DNA from: Methanomassiliicoccales archaeon
GTDB taxonomy: Archaea; Thermoplasmatota; Thermoplasmata; RBG-16-68-12; SOIM01
Direction of reading: 5' to 3'
DNA: 64,000 nucleotides
Assembly (NCBI GenBank): GCA_030593295.1
Contig: JAUVHO010000001.1
Location: 49,111-113,110 of the forward strand
Below are positions 1 to 8,855 of the stretch, one piece after another. Made by a program: the position numbers and the translations under genes. The notes beneath the pieces were generated by a model, which made no database searches, was not told the origin of the DNA, and saw only the letters and a list, made by a program, of their open reading frames with translations. The first letter of the stretch is position 1. The number at the start of each line of letters is the position of its first letter.

Positions 1-9
1 GCGAACGCG

Positions 10-618
10 ATGCAGTATTACAATGAGGCAATCCAGGACAACCCAGAGAACGCAATCGGATGGAACAACAAGGGCCTATTGCTCGAAAGGGCTGGGAAAT
101 ATCTTGAGGCCGTCAAGTGCCACAACGAGGCCCTGAAGCTCAGGCCGGACTACTCGGACGCCTGGGTCAACAAGGGCGTGGTACTGTACAGAATGGGCAA
201 GGTATCCAAATCCCTCAAGTGCTTTGATAGGGCGTTGGACATCAACCCCGAGCACGAGATCGCCTGGGTGAACAAGGGTAGACTGCTGGCCAAAACAGGG
301 AAAATGGAGGATGCGTTGGAGTGCTTCGACGCGGCGCTGCAGATCGATGACTCGTACGTGATGGCGTGGAACAACAAGGGCGCGACACTGATGAAGATGG
401 AGAGATGGGAAGAGGCCATGAAATGCTTCAACCACGTTCTGAAAGAAAGACCAGGTTTCGTGATGGCGTGGTTCCAGAAAGGGCAGGCACTGCTTGAGCA
501 GGGCAAGGCGGACAACGCGATATACAACTTTGACAAAGCGCTGTCGCTCGACCCAGATTTCGAGAAGGCCAAGAAGGCTCGGGAAAAGGCACAGGCTGAG
601 TCCTGGGGAGAAGATTGA
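10..618 (+). CDS. TPR repeat protein (N-terminus may lie outside the window)
   Basis: 202-aa ORF made of consecutive 34-aa TPR-like units (recurring 'AW.NKG..L...G+..EA..CF..AL.I.P'). The frame is open back to nt 1. The TGA stop overlaps the next gene's ATG (TGATG). Confidence 0.75.
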   Translation: MQYYNEAIQDNPENAIGWNNKGLLLERAGKYLEAVKCHNEALKLRPDYSDAWVNKGVVLYRMGKVSKSLKCFDRALDINPEHEIAWVNKGRLLAKTGKMEDALECFDAALQIDDSYVMAWNNKGATLMKMERWEEAMKCFNHVLKERPGFVMAWFQKGQALLEQGKADNAIYNFDKALSLDPDFEKAKKAREKAQAESWGED

Positions 619-3600
619 TGGAGGATGACCAGAGGGAGGGCTCGTGTCCTTCTTGCAGCGGTATGCTACTGCCTCTCATCGAGTGCGGATCATGCGGTGT
701 CAAGACGGTGAGAGAGGGACTTCAACCCGTTCAGGAGGCGGAGAAGTGTCCCGTCTGTGAGAGATCAGCAAAGATCGTTTTTGAATGTGGGGATTGTCAC
801 GAGACGTATTCATTCCATGACATAATACCGGAGGAGGAGAAATTCGGATGCCCGATGTGCGGCGCGTTCGTCGACCCAGATGCCAAGAAATGTCCATCGT
901 GCGGTTCAAGCTTCGCGGTGGAGGACTTAGAGGAGGCTGCACCCGAGGCAGAGCGCCACAGGAGGCCGAGGAAGGTCGTCGGCGAATACATGGAAGAGGA
1001 TGTCCAGGAGATCATGAAGATCCCGGGGGTCGGCAGGCTCAGGGCAGAGGTCCTCTGTAAGGCGGGTTACAGCTCCCTGAACAAACTCACCAAATCCACG
1101 GTGGAAGAACTCGCCAAGGTGCGACAGATAGGGATGAGGACGGCCAAATCCATCAAGGAAGCTCTCCAAATGATGTACGTCGAGCCGGTGGAGAGCCAAA
1201 GGTTGCTCGAGGAGTCGATGGAGGAGGAGTTCGAGTGCCCGGTCTGCAGGACCATCGTAAGTGCATATGACACGGATTGCTCGGAGTGCGGCACGGCCTT
1301 CGAGAGAGTGGTCCAGGACCAAGCGTTCATCGAAGAGCTGGAGAAGGTGGGCGAGGAGAAATCATCACTTTCATTGTTCGATATGAAACTTCTGGAGAAC
1401 CCCAAGGACGCAGAACTGTGGATAGCCAGAGGAGGCGTCCTCAGGAAGATGGAGAATTACGAGGAGGCTTTGAAATCGTATGATAGGGCGTTGACAATCC
1501 GGCCAGAAACGAAGAGCGCTTGGATTGCCAAGGCAGAGTTGCTTTCTAAACTAGGCAGGCTTGACGAGGCTGCTTCCTGCTACCGAGAGATCGTCGACGA
1601 AAGCGCGACGGCGGCAGGCATTGAACTCGGTAAGGAGGAAGATGCCATGGCGGCCCTAGAGGACTTGCTTGCGGAGGACTGTCCTTCGTGTGGTTCTACA
1701 ATTCCTCTAGGGTCCAATACTTGTCCTTCGTGCGGAATCCATTTCGTTGGACCAGACGAGGAACTCCCGCTTGAGTCGCTTGATGAGGGCGTGGTGACGG
1801 AGGACATTCTCGAAGAAGAACTGATGGAAGAGGAAAGAGGAAGGACTCCCCGGAAGGTGGCCGAAGGACCTGGGCTCACGAATGGAAAAGGTATGGTCAA
1901 CGGCAAGGGCAGAATCAACGGAACCGGCCTTGTGAACGGGCGGGGCATGATAAACGGAACTGGCCTTGTGAACGGGCGGGGCATGATAAACGGAACTGGA
2001 ATGGTCAACGGCAAAGGACTTGTGAACGGACGGGGAATTGTAAATGGAAAAGGAAGGGTCAACGGCCTCATAAACGGAAACGGCTTCACCAATGGGTTGG
2101 CCCTGTCGAATATCACGAGTGGAGCGAGGAAGAGGGTCGGGATCAGGTATGTTGCTCTGGCCGCCGCGTTCGTGATTCTGGTACTTGGACTCTATGGGAT
2201 AGTTCCTCAGGCAGAGAAACGGGTTTCACCCATAACGATCGACGGTCAGTTCCAGGATTGGAGCGGAGTGGACCTGTACACGGACCAAGGTCAAGGACCC
2301 AACCCAGATACAACCATTACCAGATACGGATATTCCCTTGACAACGGGTTCTTCTCGTTCCTGATCGAAGTCCAGGGGGCCGCTCTGGGCGATACGACAG
2401 GATACGACTCGTTCTACCTCTTCGTTGACCAAGATAATGACCCGAGCACTGGCTACATTGTCAAGGACTTGGGCGCAGATTACATGATAGAGGTCTTTGG
2501 TGGCGCTAGAGAGGCGGTCAGCGTTCCAATGTACGGGTATGAGGATACCCAAGACAGATTGAACTTCACCAAGTGGAGCCAGATAGCGACCGGAAGTGCT
2601 GATGTCGGGGGGAACGGACTGGAAGGACAACTCGTGTCCAACGGTCGCTTCGATCTCTCCGGAGACTTCAGGTTGATGTTCTGCGCGGATGATGGAGAGG
2701 GCGGCGTGACGTATTCCTCTGTCAGCATTGGACCCACCCATGGTGCATTGCTCGTCAGGCAGGCAGAGTTCAGCCAGAACCTTGTTGTTGGAAATGGTGC
2801 GAACGATATCATGCAGTTGACATTTGAAGCAAAGGGGGCCGATGTACAGATTGAAAGCGTGAGCTTCGATGTATTTGGCGCGTGGGCCCAGCCGCTTAGC
2901 GGTTTTCAAATTGAAGAAGGTTCGACGACGACCAGGACGGTCGCAGTCGATACTACCCCGTCAACGAATGGGGACTTGATTGAGATCTCGATCGCGGACA
3001 TCATAACCGATACTCCTTACACAATCAGAGGAAGCGGTGCGAAGGCCTACTTCGAGGACTCACCGACCGACATGGTGATTGATGGTTGGTTCGGGGACTG
3101 GGAGCCCGTCCAGAAGGAGACCGATAATGACGCTTCCCCAATTGCCAATCCAGATCTTGACATCCAGGAATCCGCCGTAAGCAAGGATGCCACCAATGAT
3201 ACCATCTGCTTCTATCTTGAGGTCGAGAACGAACTACTGGGTGGAGCGAGCACCCCCCAGGTGAGGCACAAGCACCCTCCGTCCAGCGGAGGACAACCAG
3301 CTCCCCCAGTGATGAGGCTGAAAAGAATGGGGGGAGAGGACGTGACGTACATCTACATCGATTCGAACACGAGCGATGATACTGACGGGACCCTGATAAA
3401 GGACATAGGCGTCAGACCTGATTACATGATTAGAATCGAGGGAGTTTACGGTAGAGTCGTGGCGGAGGAGATGTGTCATTGGGGTCCGGGATGGAACTGC
3501 ACCAACCTTGTGGAAGTTAGCAAGGACACGTCCAGGATAGAAGTATCGGCAAGCATTCCGGGAAGCTCTTCAAATCAGATCGGCGTCGTATTCGCAAGTA

Positions 3601-4331
3601 CGGACTGGAGACAAAGAAAGGACATCACAGAGCTCACGACCAGAACCGCTCACACCCGAGGACAAGTTGGTCCGGAAGCGATGGCCCCCACTTGGCCTGC
3701 CACATGGATTTCTGTTGTCACTGATGCGGACGATGGACACATCATCCAAGACCTCGAGATCTTGGAGGTGTACTTCAGCCTCGACAGCAACTACCTCTAT
3801 GTCAGGATAAGATTGGAATTGTCAGTAGCGCCACCGCTCTCCGCTTATACCTGGTGGATATATCTAGACACGGACGGGGATGGGACCAATGACTGGATTG
3901 TCGTTGAGATGTCGAGCACCGGTACTGGAGAGGTTCACGGCCTGGCGTGGAACACCGTCCTGACCGAATGGGGCGGAACTGCTGCAGATTGGCAGGACAG
4001 CATCAGCGACTTAGACGATGACAGTGCAGCGAGGAGCACAACAATGACCATCGGAATTAACACGTATGGGGTAGTCGACTTCGCGGTTCTGAGGAGCAGA
4101 ATCGGGTCGATAGATACCGATGCGACCATAGCCGCCGCCGACAACGATGCCGAAGATGAGAACCTGGTGGGGAAGACGGAGAATGCTCCCAGTGAGTCGC
4201 TCGGCTACATTATCGACGCCACTGACTCCGGCGATATACCCGAGTTCGAATTCGCACTTCTACCCGTATTGATGTTGGTGGTCCTTCAGACCGTCATGAT
4301 AAAAAGGCGTAAACGCCATTCCGGTTCTTAG
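618..4331 (+). CDS. Large multidomain membrane protein: five CxxC..CxxC zinc ribbons, tandem helix-hairpin-helix, TPR, (V/I)NGxG hexapeptide repeats, TM helix, three-module ectodomain, PEF-CTERM-like C-terminal signal
   Basis: The ORF track starts at TTG 615; ATG 618 is the likelier start. Zinc ribbons include 'CPSCSG..CGSCG', 'CPVCE..CGDC', 'CPMCG..CPSCG', 'CPVCR..CSECG' and 'CPSCG..CPSCG'. HhH: 'IPGVGRLRAEVL..VRQIGMRTAKSI'. TM helix 'YVALAAAFVILVLGLYGIV' starts at nt 2148. Three ectodomain modules begin 'IDGxFxDW'. C-terminus: 'IPEFEFALLPVLMLVVLQTVMIKRRKRH'. Confidence 0.8.
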   Translation: MEDDQREGSCPSCSGMLLPLIECGSCGVKTVREGLQPVQEAEKCPVCERSAKIVFECGDCHETYSFHDIIPEEEKFGCPMCGAFVDPDAKKCPSCGSSFAVEDLEEAAPEAERHRRPRKVVGEYMEEDVQEIMKIPGVGRLRAEVLCKAGYSSLNKLTKSTVEELAKVRQIGMRTAKSIKEALQMMYVEPVESQRLLEESMEEEFECPVCRTIVSAYDTDCSECGTAFERVVQDQAFIEELEKVGEEKSSLSLFDMKLLENPKDAELWIARGGVLRKMENYEEALKSYDRALTIRPETKSAWIAKAELLSKLGRLDEAASCYREIVDESATAAGIELGKEEDAMAALEDLLAEDCPSCGSTIPLGSNTCPSCGIHFVGPDEELPLESLDEGVVTEDILEEELMEEERGRTPRKVAEGPGLTNGKGMVNGKGRINGTGLVNGRGMINGTGLVNGRGMINGTGMVNGKGLVNGRGIVNGKGRVNGLINGNGFTNGLALSNITSGARKRVGIRYVALAAAFVILVLGLYGIVPQAEKRVSPITIDGQFQDWSGVDLYTDQGQGPNPDTTITRYGYSLDNGFFSFLIEVQGAALGDTTGYDSFYLFVDQDNDPSTGYIVKDLGADYMIEVFGGAREAVSVPMYGYEDTQDRLNFTKWSQIATGSADVGGNGLEGQLVSNGRFDLSGDFRLMFCADDGEGGVTYSSVSIGPTHGALLVRQAEFSQNLVVGNGANDIMQLTFEAKGADVQIESVSFDVFGAWAQPLSGFQIEEGSTTTRTVAVDTTPSTNGDLIEISIADIITDTPYTIRGSGAKAYFEDSPTDMVIDGWFGDWEPVQKETDNDASPIANPDLDIQESAVSKDATNDTICFYLEVENELLGGASTPQVRHKHPPSSGGQPAPPVMRLKRMGGEDVTYIYIDSNTSDDTDGTLIKDIGVRPDYMIRIEGVYGRVVAEEMCHWGPGWNCTNLVEVSKDTSRIEVSASIPGSSSNQIGVVFASTDWRQRKDITELTTRTAHTRGQVGPEAMAPTWPATWISVVTDADDGHIIQDLEILEVYFSLDSNYLYVRIRLELSVAPPLSAYTWWIYLDTDGDGTNDWIVVEMSSTGTGEVHGLAWNTVLTEWGGTAADWQDSISDLDDDSAARSTTMTIGINTYGVVDFAVLRSRIGSIDTDATIAAADNDAEDENLVGKTENAPSESLGYIIDATDSGDIPEFEFALLPVLMLVVLQTVMIKRRKRHSGS
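1917..2000 (+). repeat. Near-perfect 36-bp tandem duplication inside the NG hexapeptide-repeat region (1881-2096)
   Basis: 1917-1952 'aacggaaccggccttgtgaacgggcggggcatgata' is repeated at 1953-1988 with a single c>t change. A partial third copy 'aacggaactgga' follows. It encodes 'NGTGLVNGRGMI' twice. Confidence 0.9.
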
Positions 4332-4351
4332 ACCCCAAGGGGAGGGAGTCA

Positions 4352-5542
4352 ATGGAAATCGGCGTAGTCGGAAAGCCAAACGTAGGAAAATCCACCTTCT
4401 TCTCAGCCGCGACATTGGCACCCGCCGAGATAGCCAGTTATCCTTTCACCACCATTGAACCCAACAAGGGAATTGCTTATGTGAAGACCGCGTGCCCGCA
4501 TGTGGAGTTCGAGGTTTCTTGCGATCCCCGGAACGCTCCATGTGAGAACGGGATTAGATTGGTGCCCATAGAACTACTTGATGTTGCAGGGCTTGTGCCG
4601 GATGCCCACGAGGGCAGAGGGCTGGGGAACAAGTTCCTGGACGACCTCAGGCAGGCCAGCGCACTGATCCATATCGTTGATGCCAGCGGCAGCACCGACA
4701 TAGAGGGCAATCCTTGCGGTGTGGGTGAGCACGACCCCATGGAGGATGTCGAGTTCCTTGAGGTGGAAGTATCTCACTGGATCAAGAACATCATCTCCAA
4801 GGACTGGGTCAAGATCGCCCGAATGAGCCAGTACGAGGGAAAGGACCTGGAGAAGCTTCTGTACGAGAAGATGACTGGATTGGGGCTTTCAGAGGTGCAG
4901 ATAAAGGAGGCTTTGAGGGATTCCAATCTCTCGGACCAGCCGGTCGATTGGACGGACGAGGAGCTGCTGACGCTCTCAAAGAAGCTTCAGATAAAAGGAA
5001 AACCGATGATACTCGCTGCCAACAAATCTGACATCGCTCCTAAGGAGAATCTGGAGAAGCTGCAAAGCCTGGATTCCTACATTACCATACCCACTTCCGC
5101 CGAGTTCGAACTTGCCCTCCGAAGGGCGGCCAATGCAGATCTGATCGAGTATGAGATCGGAGCCGAGAACTTCACCATACCCGACCCCTCCAAGCTCAAT
5201 AAGGCACAACTGAAAGGTATGAAGCACATCCAAGAGGTGCTGCCAACACTTGGGACGACCGGCGTCCAGAAGTGCATAGAGAAGGCGGCGTTCGAGCTCC
5301 TCAAGCTGATCATCGTCTTCCCGGTCGAGGACGAGAACAAGTACTGCGACAATGACGGGAACGTCCTGCCCGACGCCTATCTGGTGCCCAGAGGAAGCAC
5401 CGCGAAGGACCTGGCATACAAGGTCCACACGGATCTGGGGGACAATTTCATAAGGGCGATCAACGCGAAGACGAAGAGAGTGGTTGGAGCCGACTACGTG
5501 CTTGAGAACGATGACGTTATCACCATAGTTGCGAGGGCATAG
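4352..5542 (+). CDS. Obg/YchF-family P-loop GTPase with C-terminal TGS-like domain
   Basis: N-terminal G1 motif 'GVVGKPNVGKSTFF', G2 'YPFTT', G3 'LLDVAGLV', G4 'ANKSD'. The C-terminus 'GSTAKDLAYKVHTDLGDNFIRA' is TGS-like. A GGAGGG Shine-Dalgarno sequence lies upstream. Confidence 0.85.
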   Translation: MEIGVVGKPNVGKSTFFSAATLAPAEIASYPFTTIEPNKGIAYVKTACPHVEFEVSCDPRNAPCENGIRLVPIELLDVAGLVPDAHEGRGLGNKFLDDLRQASALIHIVDASGSTDIEGNPCGVGEHDPMEDVEFLEVEVSHWIKNIISKDWVKIARMSQYEGKDLEKLLYEKMTGLGLSEVQIKEALRDSNLSDQPVDWTDEELLTLSKKLQIKGKPMILAANKSDIAPKENLEKLQSLDSYITIPTSAEFELALRRAANADLIEYEIGAENFTIPDPSKLNKAQLKGMKHIQEVLPTLGTTGVQKCIEKAAFELLKLIIVFPVEDENKYCDNDGNVLPDAYLVPRGSTAKDLAYKVHTDLGDNFIRAINAKTKRVVGADYVLENDDVITIVARA

Positions 5543-5543
5543 A

Positions 5544-7913
5544 ATGGGAACCTGGGACGTTAGACTTCTGACAGCATCCTACGATAGAGACAATGTGACC
5601 ATTGAGCTGTTCGGCAAAACAAAGGAAGGCAAGTCAATCACGATCCAGTACGAGGGTTTCAAACCCTACTTCTATGCAGTGGAACCGCCCGAGAGGCTGC
5701 TGGAACAGCTGAGAAATGACGGTGAGGTCCTGAAGATCGAACCCAAGGAGCTCATGTACGAGAATGTGCCCACTCAATGCTCCAAGATCACCCTGAGGCA
5801 TCCCTGGAAGACCCCGGACTACAGGGAAAGATGTAGAGCCGGCGGAGCAAGGCAGGTGCTGGCAGCGGACATCCCGTTCGCACATCGTTTCGTCTACGAT
5901 ATGGACCTTGCATCCAGTGTCAGGGTCGAGGGGGAGGAGATCGAGAAGGACAGAACGACCGATTTGGTGGTCAGGGCCAAAGGTTTCGAAGAGATCGAAC
6001 CTCTCCACCCAGAACTCAAGATCCTGAGCTTCGACATAGAGAACAGCATCAAGGACGGGCACCTGCTGGTCATCGGAGTGGCGATCAGAGAGGATGGAGA
6101 ACTGAGACAGGTCCGCCTCGAGGGCACCGAGAGAGAGATGATCGAGAACTTGGAGAAGCTCATTCGTGATGAAGACCCGGACGTGATAACCGGGTACAAC
6201 ATCGATGGATACGACATTCCAGTGATAGAGGAAAGGGCCGAGAAGTTGGGCATCAAGAGCCTGAGATGGAGCAGGAACGACACGCCCCTGCGGCATATCG
6301 GCAACCGATTCTGGAGGGCTCATGGCAGGATAATCGCGGACGCGTGGTGGAATGCTAAGAAGCAGCTCAAACCAAAACAGGAGACTTTGAACCATGTATC
6401 ACAACTTCTACTTGGGGAGCAGAAGGCGGACGTTGATCCATCAAGCATCGATGAAGAATGGGAGAAGGACTCCGAGAAGGTAATCAAGTACTGCCTGAAG
6501 GACGCCGAACTGGCCCTGCGGATCCTGGAGAAGATAGAGATTATAAACAAATCCATGGACCTTGCAACTGTCTCCAAACTCCCGGTCGACGAGGTCCTGA
6601 ACGGAAGGACATCCACGCTGATCGATTCGATACTCATAAGAGAAGCGGACAAGAACAACATCGGGGTCCCAATGACGAGAAGGGACAGAACCACCGAATC
6701 CATAGAAGGGGGTTATGTCCATGCCATCAAACCCGGAATCCACCACTGGCTGTGCGTGCTGGACTTCAAGGCCATGTATCCCAGCCTGATAATCGAGAAG
6801 AACGTTTGTTTCACCACAGTGGACGATTCCGGACAGACGGTCAGCCCAATAGGTGTTCATTTCCTCTCCGCGGATCAGAGGGAAGGTCTGCTACCGAAAA
6901 TACTGGACAGGCTGATGAAAGAGAGGGATGACATCAAGAGGAAGATGAACGAGGCGGGGACCGAGGATGAGAGGAAGTACTATTACGGCCTTCAGGACGC
7001 GGTCAAGACCCTGATGAACGCCTTCTACGGAGTGTTCGCTTCGGCATTCTACAGGTTCACTAATCCCAAGATAGGGGCAAGCATCACCGCATTCGCCAGG
7101 CAGAACATCAAGAGCATAATCGGCAAGCTGGAAGAAGAGGGCATTCAGATCATTTACGGGGACACGGACAGCATCTTTCTGAAATCGCCGCATGAGAATC
7201 TAGAGCAATCAGTAGAGTTCGGAACCAAGGCGGCCGAGCGCTTCTCCAAAGGAGGTGCGGTACTGGAATTCGAGCAGGTCCTTTCCGCTTTCTTTTCTCA
7301 CGGAAGGAAGAAGAGGTACGTCGGGAAGGCTGTCTGGCCCGAAGAGAAGATGATCGTGCGAGGCTACGAGCTCCGGAGGACGGATGCGTTCGACCTTCAA
7401 GGCAAGACGCAAGAAGCCGTTTTCGAAAGACTACTGGAGGACGACGTGAACGGAGTGATAAAGATAGCCAGGGATACAGTATCGGACGTCCAGCAGGGCA
7501 AGGTACCCCCGGAGCAACTTGTCATCTCCAGGACGTGCAAGGACCCAAAGCAGTACGCAAATCCAAACTCAATGGCAAACGTGCAGGCCGCCAGAAAGCT
7601 CCAGAACATGGGATACGAGTTCACGCCAGGGATGAAGGTCTCGTGGATAGTGACCAACGGAAAGAAGACCCCGTTAGAAGTGGAGCCGTATATCAGCGGC
7701 AGGAAGTTCGAGTCAACACCGGACAGGGATTACTATGCGAGAAGGATCGCACACACATTGTCCTACATAACTGACCACTTCGACTGGGACGAGAGGAGCT
7801 TGCTCGCCGGGTCCCAGCAGGCCACCTTGTTCGAGGGGAACTTCAAGAAGAAAGAGAAAAAGAAGGAGGTCAAGACCACCAACAAGGACCTGACGCTCAA
7901 GGATTTCATGTGA
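5544..7913 (+). CDS. polB: Family B DNA polymerase (intein-free)
   Basis: Exonuclease motifs 'FDIE', 'GYNIDGYDIPV' and 'YCLKDAEL'. Polymerase motifs 'DFKAMYPSLI', 'KTLMNAFYG' and 'YGDTDS'. The ORF track begins at TTG 5529, overlapping the previous gene; ATG 5544 is the likelier start. Confidence 0.92.
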   Translation: MGTWDVRLLTASYDRDNVTIELFGKTKEGKSITIQYEGFKPYFYAVEPPERLLEQLRNDGEVLKIEPKELMYENVPTQCSKITLRHPWKTPDYRERCRAGGARQVLAADIPFAHRFVYDMDLASSVRVEGEEIEKDRTTDLVVRAKGFEEIEPLHPELKILSFDIENSIKDGHLLVIGVAIREDGELRQVRLEGTEREMIENLEKLIRDEDPDVITGYNIDGYDIPVIEERAEKLGIKSLRWSRNDTPLRHIGNRFWRAHGRIIADAWWNAKKQLKPKQETLNHVSQLLLGEQKADVDPSSIDEEWEKDSEKVIKYCLKDAELALRILEKIEIINKSMDLATVSKLPVDEVLNGRTSTLIDSILIREADKNNIGVPMTRRDRTTESIEGGYVHAIKPGIHHWLCVLDFKAMYPSLIIEKNVCFTTVDDSGQTVSPIGVHFLSADQREGLLPKILDRLMKERDDIKRKMNEAGTEDERKYYYGLQDAVKTLMNAFYGVFASAFYRFTNPKIGASITAFARQNIKSIIGKLEEEGIQIIYGDTDSIFLKSPHENLEQSVEFGTKAAERFSKGGAVLEFEQVLSAFFSHGRKKRYVGKAVWPEEKMIVRGYELRRTDAFDLQGKTQEAVFERLLEDDVNGVIKIARDTVSDVQQGKVPPEQLVISRTCKDPKQYANPNSMANVQAARKLQNMGYEFTPGMKVSWIVTNGKKTPLEVEPYISGRKFESTPDRDYYARRIAHTLSYITDHFDWDERSLLAGSQQATLFEGNFKKKEKKKEVKTTNKDLTLKDFM

Positions 7914-8017
7914 TTCACCGCCAGGACTTGCACAAAGGCTTTATATCGATTGGATAATTAGACTTTCCCACTTCTGGATTGCCGGACATGGACCTGAATG
8001 ACACAGAGAGATGAGAG

Positions 8018-8680
8018 ATGCCTAAAAAAGAGCAGCCCAAGATCGAGGAACCAACGCCTCCCGTAGAGGAGGAAGAGGTTGTCGCACCAGAAACAAGGAG
8101 CATGTATCAGTTCGTGCGGGACGCATGGAAAAGCCCGAGTTCGAGCTATGTCAACGACCTCAGAATGGAGAGGATGCTCGAGTGGAGGAGAGGAAACTCC
8201 TTCGTAAGGGTCGAAAGACCCACGAGGATCGACAGGGCCAGGACGCTCGGATACAAGGCTAAGCACGGCTACGTCGTGGTTCGTGCGAGGGTAAGACGCG
8301 GAGGGCTCAGGAAGCATGCCATCAAGGCCGGAAGAAGGCAGAAGAGAAAGGGCATCTCCAAGATCACCATGGGCAAGAGCATCCAGAGGATAGCCGAGGA
8401 GAGGACGGCTAGGAAGTATCCCAACATGGAGGTCCTTTCATCCTATTGGGTGGGACAGGACGGCAAGAGCAAGTATTACGAAGTCATACTGGTCGACCCG
8501 CATAACCCGAGCATAGTCAATGACCCGAAGATAAACTGGATCTGCAATTCCGCCAACAAGGGAAGGGTCTTCAGGGGGCTCACGCCAGCGGGCAAGAAGG
8601 GTAGGGGACTCCGAAAGAAAGGAAAGGGCGCAGAGAAGATTAGACCCTCCATCCGAGCGCATGATGGCAAGGGCAAGTAG
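8018..8680 (+). CDS. rpl15e: 50S ribosomal protein L15e
   Basis: '[12 protein letters not shown]...[30 protein letters not shown]' is typical L15e. The first 28 codons (Pro/Glu-rich) precede the usual L15e N-terminus, so ATG 8102 is an alternative start. TATA-like 'ctttatatcg' at 7939-7948. Confidence 0.9.
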   Translation: MPKKEQPKIEEPTPPVEEEEVVAPETRSMYQFVRDAWKSPSSSYVNDLRMERMLEWRRGNSFVRVERPTRIDRARTLGYKAKHGYVVVRARVRRGGLRKHAIKAGRRQKRKGISKITMGKSIQRIAEERTARKYPNMEVLSSYWVGQDGKSKYYEVILVDPHNPSIVNDPKINWICNSANKGRVFRGLTPAGKKGRGLRKKGKGAEKIRPSIRAHDGKGK

Positions 8681-8855
8681 TATTTTATCAGACCGGATAA
8701 TGATGCAATAACGGTTAAAAACGACCGTGTTCTGTTTTCAGACGACCATGTCGCAGAAAATAAGCAACGCGGATATGTCGCGTTTTGATCTCGGGGCTGC
8801 GGATGCAATCTTGGTGATTGCAGTCGTCGGCTTCGTCTGTTACTTGCTGGGTTTC

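Noticed and set aside
1881-2096. Short tandem repeats as a possible CRISPR or minisatellite
   Set aside because: The repeats are in frame inside a long ORF, have an 18/36-nt periodicity and lack unique spacers. They encode the NGxG hexapeptide linker.
5544-7913. Intein or split in the family B polymerase
   Set aside because: The protein is under 800 aa with all exonuclease and polymerase motifs contiguous. There are no extra Cys/Ser..HN blocks.
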